Below, piece after piece: positions 15,103 through 29,672 of a stretch of 64,000 bases of DNA. A model generated the notes under the pieces. It searched no databases, had not been told where the DNA came from, and worked only from the letters and a program-made list of their open reading frames with translations. How positions within the stretch are numbered: position 1 is the first letter of the stretch; each line of letters opens with the position of its first letter. Source of the stretch: Eledone cirrhosa (taxonomy: Eukaryota); the NCBI GenBank assembly GCA_964016885.1, contig OZ024754.1:23932001-23996000 (forward strand), read 5' to 3'. Position numbers and translations under genes: made by a program.

Positions 15103-17521
15103 TGTTTATAATAAACATTTTGAAGACCTAATCGCTATAGAATAGAATACGTCACGTATTACAATTAGATTCTCGATAAAAGCAAGGGAAGTAACCTACG
15201 CGTTTCATTCTTATTAGAAATCTTCAGGATTACATATCCAGTGCTTTTATCGAGAATGACACAGCTAGAGACTTATAGAATACTTAGCTGTGTACAGGAA
15301 CTGGTTTGAAAGAGCGGTTGCCGGTCCGGCAGAAATTAGAAATTGGATTAAATGCTCTGAAATAGCGATATATATGTGAAGATAGACATAGAATATTCGA
15401 AAATATTCTGTATGTTTATAATAAACATTTTGAAGACCAATCGCTATAGAATAGAATACGTCACGTATTACAATTAGATTCTCGATAAAAGCAAGGGAAG
15501 TAACCTACGCGTTTCATTCTTATTAGAAATCTTCAGGATTACATATCCAGTGCTTTTATCGAGAATGACACAGCTAGAGACTTATAGAATACTTAGCTGT
15601 GTACAGGAACTGGTTTGAAAGAGCGGTTGCCGGTCCGGCAGAAATTAGAAATTGGATTAAATGCTCTGAAATAGCGATATATATGTGAAGATAGACATAG
15701 AATATTCGAAAATATTCTGTATGTTTATAATAAACATTTTGAAGACCTAATCGCTATAGAATAGAATACGTCACGTATTACAATTAGATTCTCGATAAAA
15801 GCAAGGGAAGTAACCTACGCGTTTCATTCTTATTAGAAATCTTCAGGATTACATATCCAGTGCTTTTATCGAGAATGACACAGCTAGAGACTTATAGAAT
15901 ACTTAGCTGTGTACAGGAACTGGTTTGAAAGAGCGGTTGCCGGTCCGGCAGAAATTAGAAATTGGATTAAATGCTCTGAAATAGCGATATATATGTGAAG
16001 ATAGACATAGAATATTCGAAAATATTCTGTATGTTTATAATAAACATTTTGAAGACCTAATCGCTATAGAATAGAATACGTCACGTATTACAATTAGATT
16101 CTCGATAAAAGCAAGGGAAGTAACCTACGCGTTTCATTCTTATTAGAAATCTTCAGGATTGCATATCCAGTGCTTTTATCGAGAATGACACAGCTAGAGA
16201 CTTATAGAATACTTAGCTGTGTACAGGAACTGGTTTGAAAGAGCGGTTGCCGGTCCGGCAGAAATTAGAAATTGGATTAAATGCTCTGAAATAGCGATAT
16301 ATATGTGAAGATAGACATAGAATATTCGAAAATATTCTGTATGTTTATAATAAACATTTTGAAGACCTAATCGCTATAGAATAGAATACGTCACGTATTA
16401 CAATTAGATTCTCGATAAAAGCAAGGGAAGTAACCTACGCGTTTCATTCTTATTAGAAATCTTCAGGATTACATATCCAGTGCTTTTATCGAGAATGACA
16501 CAGCTAGAGACTTATAGAATACTTAGCTGTGTACAGGAACTGGTTTGAAAGAGCGGTTGCCGGTCCGGCAGAAATTAGAAATTGGATTAAATGCTCTGAA
16601 ATAGCGATATATATGTGAAGATAGACATAGAATATTCGAAAATATTCTGTATGTTTATAATAAACATTTTGAAGACCTAATCGCTATAGAATAGAATACG
16701 TCACGTATTACAATTAGATTCTCGATAAAAGCAAGGGAAGTAACCTACGCGTTTCATTCTTATTAGAAATCTTCAGGATTACATATCCAGTGCTTTTATC
16801 GAGAATGACACAGCTAGAGACTTATAGAATACTTAGCTGTGTACAGGAACTAGTTTGAAAGAGCGGTTGCCGGTCCGGCAGAAATTAAAAATTGGATTAA
16901 ATGCTCTGAAATAGCGATATATATGTGAAGATAGACATAGAATATTCGAAAATATTCTGTATGTTTATAATAAACATTTTGAAGACCTAATCGCTATAGA
17001 ATAGAATACGTCACGTATTACAATTAGATTCTCGATAAAAGCAAGGGAAGTAACCTACGCGTTTCATTCTTATTAGAAATCTTCAGGATTGCATATCCAG
17101 TGCTTTTATCGAGAATGACACAGCTAGAGACTTATAGAATACTTAGCTGTGTACAGGAACTGGTTTGAAAGAGCGGTTGCCGGTCCGGCAGAAATTAGAA
17201 ATTGGATTAAATGCTCTGAAATAGCGATATATATGTGAAGATAGACATAGAATATTCGAAAATATTCTGTATGTTTATAATAAACATTTTGAAGACCTAA
17301 TCGCTATAGAATAGAATACGTCACGTATTACAATTAGATTCTCGATAAAAGCAAGGGAAGTAACCTACGCGTTTCATTCTTATTAGAAATCTTCAGGATT
17401 ACATATCCAGTGCTTTTATCGAGAATGACACAGCTAGAGACTTATAGAATACTTAGCTGTGTACAGGAACTGGTTTGAAAGAGCGGTTGCCGGTCCGGCA
17501 GAAATTAGAAATTGGATTAAA
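15103..17521 (-). repeat. Tandem array of 310-bp HHR-bearing monomers (~7.8 copies), retrozyme-like family A
   Basis: Unit starts at 15103, 15413, 15722, 16032, 16342, 16652, 16962 and 17272. Copies are nearly identical and each has one HHR. Confidence 0.95.
15191..15233 (-). ncRNA. Type I hammerhead family A (first of 8; others start at 15500, 15810, 16120, 16430, 16740, 17050, 17360)
   Basis: gtaatc-CTGAAGA-t-ttct-aata-agaa-t-GAAA-cgcg-TA-ggttac. Palindromic ACGCGT stem III. Stem I is extended by the 16-bp attctcgataaaagca/tgcttttatcgagaat helix. Confidence 0.9.
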
Positions 17522-17546
17522 TTATTCACATATATATCGATATATA

Positions 17547-17672
17547 TTCTATTCTATAGCGATTAGGTCTTCAAAATGTTTATTATAAACATACAGAATA
17601 TTTTCGAATATTCTATGTCTATCTTCACATATATATCGCTATTTCAGAGCATTTAATCCAATTTCTAATTTT
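17547..17672 (+). repeat. Inverted partial copy of the 310-bp monomer
   Basis: Reverse complement of the unit segment aattagaaattgg...gctatagaatagaata. Confidence 0.9.
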
Positions 17673-17781
17673 ACAGCTGTAGATATTGCGCTGTATCTTA
17701 TATCTAATATCAATATCTCATGGTAATTTGCATGCAATGTAAAATAGGTTTATTAATAACTTTAATATGAAATGTATTATA

Positions 17782-17869
17782 CAGGGCTACGGAGTCGGCC
17801 AAAAATTGACTGGCTCCAACTCAGGATCCGATACTCCATTATTTCCTAAATTTCAGCTCCGCAGCTCTG
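17782..17869. mobile_element. hAT-type MITE (88 bp)
   Basis: Imperfect TIRs CAGGGCTACGGAG / CTCCGCAGCTCTG. 8-bp flanks GTATTATA / TTATTATA match 7 of 8. Confidence 0.6.
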
Positions 17870-18120
17870 TTATTATATTAATTAATTTATTTTATAGTTG
17901 TAAATCATATTTTTATATGTTACACTCTAAGAATTAACTAAGTGAAATAGCGTAAAAATAAAGGCTTCGTTGGTTTAAGCTATTTTTATAAAGGATGCCA
18001 CAGTATGTACGATATATAATGATTACAATATTTTTTAGCAACAACTCTAGTCCCACACTTTTGAAGGTTTATTATAACATTCTGTGGCACTTTTGAGCTT
18101 GCGCATTTTTCATGTCTAGT

Positions 18121-18213
<93 letters not shown>

Positions 18214-18214
18214 C

Positions 18215-18413
<199 letters not shown>

Positions 18414-18416
18414 TAT

Positions 18417-19926
18417 ATCTCAGATATGCACCTGTCCAAGTCCCAGATTGATTTCATTCTGGTGAGGAAAAAGTGGCGGAATAGTGTTCTGAACACGGAA
18501 CCATACAGCTATTTCAGTACACTGGGTAGTGACCACCGGCTTGTTATGAGTGAGGTCCGCGTGAGCTTAACAAAGAGCAAGGCTCAGCCCCGGAGAACAA
18601 TCTATGACTGGGGATCTTTCAAGGAAGATGATAAGCTACAGGAGAGGTTCACAGTGGAAGTGAGAAACAGGTTTAGTGCTCTGTGTGGAGAGTCAGAGGA
18701 GAGAGAGATTGGATGGACTGAGGAGAGTGTGACGAGGAGGTACGGGCACTTCACCAATGCAGTGGCGAAAGCAAGTGAAACCCTGGTGCCGAGGAAAAAG
18801 AACAAAGGGAAGCACGTCAGCTCTGCTAACCCAAAAGTGTGTGCAGCCAGAGAACACCTGAAAGCTGCCAGGGACCAATTCTATGCTGATCCTACGGAGG
18901 AGAGGATGGAGACTGTGGAGGTGATGAGGGAAGAGCTCTGTACCGCTTACACTGAGGTCAGAGAGGAGGCACTGATAGAGAAGATCAGAAGTGTGGAGAG
19001 AGCGGTTGACAGATCTGGATGTAAGGAGAGCTGGATGATCATCAACGAGATCACAGGGAGGAAGAAAAGGTGTTCGAGTCAGATCCAGGGAACGGGGCCC
19101 AAGGATAGGAAGAGGAAATGGCTAGACCCTTTTAGGACCCTACTAGGAGAGCCACCCTCCACAGCCCAGAGCACTGGGGAGATCAGGCGGCTGTTTGAGG
19201 AACTAGATGTTGAGAAAGAGCCCTTCACCAGAGAGGAGCTTCAGAGAGCCAAGAAGAAGATCAAGGAGGGCAAGGCTCATGGAGAAGATGGAGTGGCATC
19301 AGAGGTGATGAAGAGGTGTGATTTTGATGATATCAACCTGGGGTTCTGTAACGGGGCACTGGAGAAAGGAGTTGCCCCGAATCAGTGGAGGATCAGTAAC
19401 ATCGTCCCAGTGCCAAAGAAAGGAGATCTCTCTAACACCAACAACTACCGGGGGATCTCACTGACGTCACTTGTGGCAAAGACCCTCAACAGGATGATTC
19501 TTAACAGGATCCAGCCTGAGATGGAGAAGAAGCTCAGGGACAACCAGAACGGCTTCAGAGAGGGTAGATCAACCACCAGTCACATCCTGATGCTGAGGAG
19601 GATATTAGAGGGAGCTAGAGCAAAGTGCCTTCCTGCGGTCATGGTTTTCATTGACTTTAGGAAGGCCTTTGATTCTGTGGACAGTTACTGCCTGATGAAG
19701 ATCTTACAGGCTTATGGAATCCCCAAGAGGATAGTGGACCTGATATCACTGCTCTACACCAACACCAAAGCCCAAGTCATTACACCTGATGGGATGACAG
19801 AGTTCTTTGAGATACTGGCTGGAGTGCTCCAGGGAGATACATTGGCTCCCTACCTTTTTATCATCGTAGTGGACTATTGTATGCGCCTTGCACTGGAGAA
19901 ACACCAGGACTCTGGCTTTACTGTAA
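18417..19926 (+). pseudogene. RTE-group LINE internal fragment (end of APE to RT motif B), open frame
   Basis: QIDFILV, SDH, NYRGISL, QNGFR, DFRKAFD and [10 protein letters not shown] motifs. Near-identical to part of 61128-64000. Both ends lie in (TA)n. Confidence 0.93.
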
Positions 19927-20900
<974 letters not shown>

Positions 20901-20914
20901 AACTCTGTCATCCC

Positions 20915-21145
20915 ACAGTTGAAAATTGCAAACTCGACTGTCACCACATATCATGAACCTGAAGATTGCGAAAGCATGAAAGTACTTGTTCAATTAACAC
21001 TTAGAATTTAATATTCTATCATCCTATTTCATTATAATACCATTATATATATTTTAAAAGATTGTAAATAAAACGAGTAAATCAGACAAAGTTGGAATTC
21101 CTCTTATTAATATAATCTTCTATACACAATCATACACACCCGTGT
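20915..21145 (+). mobile_element. Short HHR element (family C, ~230 bp)
   Basis: The same sequence forms the foldback at 32652-33100. Confidence 0.8.
20954..20992 (+). ncRNA. Minimal type I hammerhead (family C)
   Basis: tgaac-CTGAAGA-t-tgc-gaaa-gca-t-GAAA-gtac-TT-gttca. Palindromic AGTACT stem III. Confidence 0.87.
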
Positions 21146-21488
21146 ATATTTACCTATCTATATCTATATATATATGTATATATATATGTATATATATGTA
21201 TATATATATATGTATATATATATATGTATATATATGTATATATATATATGTATATATATGTATATATATGTATATATATATATGTATATATATGTATATA
21301 TATATAGGTATATATATATATGTATATATATGTATATATATATATGTATATATATATATGTATATATATGTATATATATATATGTATATATATATATGTA
21401 TATATATGTATATATATATATATATGTATATGTATGTATATATATATATGTATATATATATATGTATATATATGTATGTATATATATG

Positions 21489-21519
<31 letters not shown>

Positions 21520-21585
21520 GTATATATATGTATATATATATATGTATATGTATATATGTATATGTATATATGTATATGTATATAT

Positions 21586-22523
21586 GGACGGCTGGCCAAG
21601 AGACACTCCACCAGACATGACAACTGCTGCAGACTAGCCAACTGCCCCATCAACGATACAGACCTATGCCACCAGGCTTACGTAGTATACAGACTAGAGT
21701 GTGACAAATGCAACAACTTCTACGTAGGTAGCACCACCAGACCACTCCACATAAGAATAAAAGAACACCTCAATACTAACGCTTCCTCAATTAAGAAACA
21801 CCTAGTTAAATGCAAAAACACCGATAAAAACATAACAGTTAGGATAGAAACTAAGGAAAGAAACCTCGGCAATCTTAGAATTAAGGAAGCACTTATTATA
21901 GATAGAACACATCCACCAATCAATAATAGACTAGAGCTCAACACCCAATTTATAACCTGATAGGGCCTCTAGACCCATTTTTACACACCCAACACACACG
22001 CACGCGCACACACACACGCTTACACCTCCACTTATTCTCTCTCACACATACACACACAAAACCAGTTCTAACACCAGATAACACCTACCCCCCACTTTTA
22101 CGATTAGACCTATCTTCCCACACTCACACTCACACACCCACATACCTACACCTTCATGCATTCTCCCACACACATATACAGGCACGTATATGAAATTAAA
22201 AAAAACAAAAAAACAAAACAAACCCTAAACAAATCCCTCTTAAAGGGAGACTACTCTTTATCCACCTATTTTTAATTCTTTGATATTAGAGTTAGAACAG
22301 ATACTCTATACTATTTCCGGTCAGCATGGCTTGGCTAGAGATTTAAAGACGCTGGTTTGAGACCTTTACTTCCCTCCGAAGAAGAGATATTATCTCGAAA
22401 ATTAAGGACATTTAAATAAATTCAAGGTGGAAGACGATTTCTCATCAATATCTTTCACTATTGCATTCTTTTCTCTATGTCCATACCTGCATTGTTTTGG
22501 CCTTATTACACATATTCAAACGT
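21586..22523 (+). mobile_element. PLE-G 3' fragment (GIY-YIG + 3'UTR)
   Basis: [30 protein letters not shown]...RIKEA, stop at 21960. Variant HHR and AATAAA at 22371-22420. Confidence 0.9.
22371..22408 (+). ncRNA. Variant hammerhead (CCGAAGA core)
   Basis: cct-CCGAAGA-a-gagat-att-atctc-GAAA-at-TA-agg. Confidence 0.6.
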
Positions 22524-22542
22524 GTATATATATATGTATATA

Positions 22543-22584
<42 letters not shown>

Positions 22585-22599
22585 TATATATATATATAG

Positions 22600-22643
<44 letters not shown>

Positions 22644-22656
22644 GTATATACATATA

Positions 22657-22701
<45 letters not shown>

Positions 22702-22724
22702 GTATATATATATATATGTATATA

Positions 22725-22761
<37 letters not shown>

Positions 22762-22765
<4 letters not shown>

Positions 22766-23758
22766 AAGGCGGGTAAAATTCCCGAGATCCATGGACGAGT
22801 TCTCTCCAGCGGTCTCTGTCCCTCATTATCGCTGCCATATCCTGCATCTCCAACAGACCAGTGTCTGTCCTTAGGGCATCAACATATGTTAACCTTGGTC
22901 TTCCTCTTCTAGTGTGTCCATGTAGGGGCTCCCAAAGGAGAACTGAGTGCAATGTCAACTCTGGATGTCGGTGAGCATGTCCAACCAACCTCAGTCTTCT
23001 CTGTGTCACTTTTGAGCTGACTTTTGGGATGCTCCCATACAGCTCTGAGTTTTTCATCCTCAGTGTATACTGATTAAAGTTCAGAGCCATCCTCAGCATA
23101 CTCGTGTAGCACCCATCCACCATCTGAGTGAGTCTCTTGGTCAGTGTCCAAGTCTCAGACCCATACAGCAGCACAGACTCCACTACAGCAATGAAGAGGC
23201 GGATTTTCAGGTCTCTACGAAGGTCCGACTTCCACACCGATCTCAAGCTGTGACACGCCGCCCAGGCCTTGCTCTTCCTCTCAACCACATCATCTTCCGT
23301 ATTCCCAATCTTTGCTCCCAAATACAGGAAGTCCTCAACCAATTCCAGCGGCTTCCCGCCTACATTAGTGATCCCCTCTGGCTTCTCAACATTCTCTATC
23401 AGATATTTTGTTTTAGTCTCATTCATTCTCAGCCCCACACTCATCGACACAGTCTCAACCTCCCGCATCAAATCCTCTGCCTCCTTCACTGTATTTGTCA
23501 CCAAAACTATGTCGTCGGCAAATTCAGCATCCGAAACATTTTTCGCCCCAACTCTCCTGCTCTGAGCCGGTGCTACAGTAAAGCCAGAGTCCTGGTGTTT
23601 CTCCAGTGCAAGGCGCATACAATAGTCCACTACGATGATAAAAAGGTAGGGAGCCAATGTATCTCCCTGGAGCACTCCAGTCAGTATCTCAAAGAACTCT
23701 GTCATCCCATCAGGTGTAATGACTTGGGCTTTGGTGTTGGTGTAGAGCAGTGATATCA
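22762..23758 (-). pseudogene. RTE-group LINE 3' fragment (RT motifs B-C to C-terminus)
   Basis: [22 protein letters not shown] and GRPR motifs. Ends EFYPP-TAG directly into (TA)n. Confidence 0.93.
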
Positions 23759-23781
23759 TATGTATATATATACATATATAT

Positions 23782-23816
<35 letters not shown>

Positions 23817-23845
23817 TATATACATATATATATATACATATATAC

Positions 23846-23894
<49 letters not shown>

Positions 23895-23982
23895 CATATA
23901 TATATATATGTATATATATATATATGTGTGTATATATATATGTATATATGTATATATATATATATATGTGTATATATATATG

Positions 23983-24017
<35 letters not shown>

Positions 24018-24132
24018 GTATATATATATATATGTATATATATATATGTATATATATATATGTATATATATATATGTATATATATATATGTATATATATA
24101 TATGTATATATATATATGTATATATATATATG

Positions 24133-24183
<51 letters not shown>

Positions 24184-24198
24184 GTATATATATATATG

Positions 24199-24331
<133 letters not shown>

Positions 24332-24344
24332 ATATATATATGTA

Positions 24345-24756
24345 TTTCGTTTCTTAATTTGTGTAGCAAGATTCTTTATCTGAAATCGTGTGTTGAAACC
24401 GATATTGTTATACTTTGGGAGGGTCATGTTGCCAATAAGAAACACACGCACCAGTTGCTTTCACTTCAATATATTATATATTTATAAATTTATAAATTTA
24501 CAAATCTACAAACTTATAAATTTCTGGTTGGTTGGTTGGTTGGTTCCACAACCAGATAGTTGTTTATATATAGTCATAGTCCTTTCGTCACACACTCTGT
24601 GACCTCTTCAGTGACTGGGGATTCCTTTCTTTGTCTCTGTGCCTTTCCTTTCTTCTGTCCTACGCCATTTTGTTTCTGTGTGTGTGTTGTGTGCTCAGTT
24701 TGCGCATGCGCCACATCCGGATGTCTGTGTGTGTTTGTGTTCATTTATCTATTTGT

Positions 24757-24787
<31 letters not shown>

Positions 24788-24980
24788 CATGTTGTTGGTT
24801 GGTTGTTTGTTCTATGTGTGTGTGTGTTTTCATTTTGTCCTTAATTGTAAGTTGTGATGTTGCTGTTCCACTCATATTTTCTATTTAATTTTGGTTGTAA
24901 TTCTTTTATGCTTACTGCCTCTGTAATTTGCCTAAACATTGCGTCTTTTCTGTGTGTGGATTCTATTTTTATTTCTATGT
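24345..24980 (-). mobile_element. PLE-B 3' fragment (second copy)
   Basis: Near-identical to 8535-9090 and encodes the GIY-YIG C-terminus. Confidence 0.9.
24572..24616 (-). ncRNA. Hammerhead in the PLE-B 3' end (second copy)
   Basis: Same motif as 8698-8742 with one loop II change. Confidence 0.87.
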
Positions 24981-24987
24981 TATATAT

Positions 24988-25149
<162 letters not shown>

Positions 25150-25193
25150 ATACATATACATATATATATACATATATATATATATACATATAT

Positions 25194-25228
<35 letters not shown>

Positions 25229-25274
25229 TATATATACATATATATGTATATGTATATGTATATATATATATATG

Positions 25275-25325
<51 letters not shown>

Positions 25326-25424
25326 GTATATATATATGTATATATATATGTATATATATATGTATATGTATATATATATGTATATATATATATATATATG
25401 TATTTGTATATATATATGCATATG

Positions 25425-25484
<60 letters not shown>

Positions 25485-25512
25485 TGTATATATATGTATA
25501 TATATATATACG

Positions 25513-25561
<49 letters not shown>

Positions 25562-25789
25562 TTATTAAAATAACAGATTAAAGTTTAAGCAAAGAATCGC
25601 TGCTTTCACCCTTAACGGGATCTTCTGAAACTAACAAAGTCAATCTGTAAACGCAGAACTGGATATTTCAAAAAACGTTGCAACCGGAGGAAGACAGGAA
25701 GACGATACTTTGGTTCGTGGTAACGTTCGCTGGCAAAGAACGGGAAAAAACGAATTATACGTCATTAATAGGAGCGGTGAAAAACAATT

Positions 25790-26356
25790 ACACGAAATGT
25801 GTTCATATTGCAACAGACAAAGTTAGCTATTAATGAAATAAACTAATTAAAGTAAATACAATTTGTCTGTCTCGATATAAGTCAATAAAGACAAGCTTAT
25901 ATTGGCAACAGCCATGATTCCTGGACATATTCAAATCTCGAAATTCAAACCTGTTCTGTAGACGAATTTGAACCTCGAAACCCAAATAAGTTTCGCAACG
26001 GTGGAATGTGAATTGAAAAATAAAGAGAATCGAAATGGAGTTGAAATAAAAGAGTGAAATACCCAAATGAAATACCCAAATGGGTATTTCACTCTTTTAT
26101 TTCAACTCCATTTCGATTCTCTTTATATTTCAATTCACATTCCACCGTTGCGAAACTTATTTGGGTTTCGAGGTTCAAATTCGTCTACAGAACAGGTTTG
26201 AATTTCGAGATTTAAATATGTCCAGGAATCATGGCTGTTGCCAATATAAGCTTGTCTTTATTGACTTATATCGAGACAGACAAATTGTATTTACTTTAAT
26301 TAGTTTATTTCATTAATAGCTAACTTTGTCTGTTGCAATATGAACACATTTCGTGT
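25790..26356. repeat. Near-perfect palindrome with ~280-bp arms
   Basis: Identical 78-aa ORFs on opposite strands (25830-26066 -, 26080-26316 +). Duplicated GAAATACCCAAAT at the centre. Confidence 0.95.
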
Positions 26357-26385
26357 TTATCATATATTTTAAATGTATATATATA

Positions 26386-29297
26386 TAACTTTGAATAACT
26401 TTGAAATGTTTTGGCCAGTATTGGCCCAGGCCATGTCTAACTTAATAGCACCACCTGGCGAAGTCTTTCAATTCAGGATTTGGGCACCATGGCCCATTCG
26501 AGAAGAGAATTACTGTTTGCGGAGACATATCCGGGTGTGGGTGGTTTGTCCGGGATTACTTGGAGGAATTTGTCCAAAGACTTCTTGAATCTTGTGTGGT
26601 CAGTTTCTGTTTTGACGTGTCCTGGTGTGATGTTGAAGAGAGCAGGGCCGATTGAGGTGAAATAATTGTGCCGTATTGTTGTTATGAGTTGCGATTTAGA
26701 TTTTTGAATGGGACGGATAGCACGGGGCCCAAGCCTTGGGTGTATCTTGAAGGCGATGCCAACATCATTTGGGCAGTGATGATGGAACATTTTCCACATC
26801 ATGCAGATAATATAACGCTCACGGCGACGTTGGAGTGAGTAAAGTTTCAGGTTTTCCAATCGACCCCAGTAGTCAAGGTCTGACATGCCATCTATCTTTT
26901 TCGTGATTGCCCTTTGAGGAGCTTCAAGTTTCATGATACTTTGTTTCGTGTGGGGAGACCACAGTGGACAACAGTATTCAAGGTGTGGTCGGGCGAAAGT
27001 AGAGAAGAGAAGGATAATGGTGCGGGAATCTCTCGACTGGAAGGTTCTGAGGATCCAGGAACACATTCTGCGGGCCATGTCAACTTTGCTGCTTATATGC
27101 GTGGTCCAGCTTATGTTGCTGTCCACGGTTACTCCCAAGTCTCTGATGTTGTTAGATGCCACGAGAGTTTCCCCGGAGGGAAGGGAGTACGGGAGTTTCA
27201 GAGCATCCTCTTTTCCAAAGTGGATCAGTTCGAATTTGTCTTCGTTCAGTAACATGTTGTTCTTTTCTGCCCATTGGGTAACAGCCAGTAGGTCTGACTG
27301 AAGGCTTATCCGGTCATCCACGCCATTGATGACCTTTTGGAGCTTGGAATCATCAGCGAAAATTTTAATGTTGCTGTGTTTGATGATGTCAGTGATGTCA
27401 TTAATATAGATGATGAAGAGAAGTGGGCCCAACACAGTGCCTTGTGGGACTCCACTACTGACTTTGGCTGGGCTTGATTTGAATCCCTCAACTACAACAT
27501 GTTGGGTTCTGTTTGACAGGAAGCTCTTGATCCACTGCAGCAGCTTTCCAGTGACACCAATATTGGACAGCTTTCTCAGTAGAATGTTATGATCAACCCT
27601 GTCAAAGGCCTTGCTGAAATCAAGGTAGATAACATCAGTGTTGGAACCCTCTCCCAAGGCTCTCAAAATGTCATCAAAGTGATGCAGTAGTTGCGTCAGG
27701 CAATCCCTTCCATTACGGAATCCATGCTGGTTGGAGTTCAGCATATTGTTACTCTCAAGGAAGTGGGTCATTCGCGATCTCACCTCTCGCTCAAATACCT
27801 TAATGATATGAGAGGTGAGTGAGATTGGACAGTAATTCACGGCAAGGGATTTGTTTCCCTTTTTGAAAACTGGGACAACAGACTGGGATAGAAGGTTTTC
27901 TGGCACATATCCAGCATCCAGTGAGTTCCGCCACAGATTGGCAAGAGGAGAAGCAAGTTGGTGTTGACACGCCTTCAAGACACAAGCAGGGAACCTATCG
28001 GGACCTACTGCTGAATTATGCTTGATTTCCTTTATTGCCGCCAAGACATCAGGGGCGCCAAACGTTATGTCCGATAAGGTGTAATGGGGAGTAACATCGC
28101 CGATACAGCCCAGATCGGCCATATCAGGATTGCTGAAAACAGAGCAGTATTGTTTCTGCAGTATCTCACCCATGGTTTTAGCATTGTCTTCAAGAGTGCC
28201 ATTTTCATCAATTAGAGGGCCAACAGTAGAGCCAGTGATTTTGTGTTTTTTTTGCAAATGAAAAGAACACTTTGGGATTGAGTTTGATCTTCTCAATGGC
28301 CCAGGCCTCTTCAGCTCTTCTCTGATTGTTGATGAGGGACATTATGTTGTTTTGGAGGTTATGTTTTTTAATCTCTAGTGATGAAATGGCAGTCAAGTTG
28401 ATGTGTTGCTGCTGACAGTATTTCAGATTGTTGATTTTTTTGTTCGTTCTCTTAATTTTTCTGATGAGCGTTTTTCTATTTCTAGGGATTCTGCTCTTAG
28501 ATTTGTTTATAGTTCTTAATGGGGTGTGTTTAGCACATGTGTTTGTAACAGTGTCCACAAATGTCTGCCAGGACTTTTTGATGTTAGTGGGTGTATGAGT
28601 GTGCGTGAAGGACCAGTCGACATGTGCAAGATCATGACTGATCGCTTCCCAGTTTGCATTGTGGAAATCCATAGCGTCAAACGGATGGACAGGAGAAATG
28701 ACATTGGGTTTGTATATTGGACGGTGGAATCTCAGATCACAGAGAACCATGTCATGATCAGAGAGTAGAGTTTTCTCCACTGCAATATTGTGGATATTGT
28801 CAGTGTGATTGCTGAAAATTAAGTCTAGGACGTTTTTGTGGCACCTCGTTGGTTCGAGCACTAGTTGGGATAGGAAGAAATCATCCATGAAGTCAAGAAG
28901 CGATTCCACAGCTTCCCTGTCAGAGGTTGAGGCAGAAGAACCTGGTGGCAGGGTGTTTGTGGACCAGTCAACTCCGGGGAGGTTGAAGTCCCCCATCATT
29001 AAGATGTTGTCAGGGTGACACTCTTGGATGAAACACTTTATGCTGTTGAGGCATTCCTTGAAGCATGGTACAGGCGTTTGGGGTGGCCTATAGAGCCCAA
29101 CTACTAATAGGTTGTTGGTTTGACTGAATACAGTGACTGCCTCACAGTATCCATTAGTGAATATGTTCATAGCCTCTGTTGAGAAAGAATTATGGACATA
29201 AATGGCAGTTCCGCCCTTTCTTCTGCCAGCGCGATCAGCACGGATGGCTTTGAAATTTTTCACTTTCACCTCGGCTTCCAAGTGGAGGTTACTGAGG
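26386..29297 (-). mobile_element. CR1-group LINE family E, copy 1 (5'-truncated within APE)
   Basis: APE (GGTAIY, YRPP, GDFNLP, SDH) at 28208-29297 and RT ([21 protein letters not shown]) at 26473-28296, with one frameshift in an A-run. 3' tail (TTCAAAGTTA)2. Confidence 0.93.
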
Positions 29298-29309
29298 TAT
29301 ATATATATG

Positions 29310-29344
<35 letters not shown>

Positions 29345-29672
29345 GTATATATATATGTATATATATAAATATATATGTATATATATATGTATATATATAT
29401 ATGTATATATATATGTATATATATATATGTATATATATATATTTATATATATATATGTATATATATATATGTATATATATATGTATATATATATATGTAT
29501 ATACATATATATATATATATGTATATATATATGTATATATATATATGTATATATATATATGAATATATATATATGTATATATATATGTATATATATATAT
29601 ATGTATATATATATGTATATATATATATGTATGTATATATATGTATATGTATCTATCTATCTATCTATCTAT

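Noticed and set aside
15103-17521. CRISPR-like array
   Set aside because: Whole 310-bp units are identical with no unique spacers, no cas genes, and the context is eukaryotic.
17900-18120. Possible Helitron 3' end (CTAGT before TA)
   Set aside because: No convincing subterminal hairpin or matching 5' TC end.
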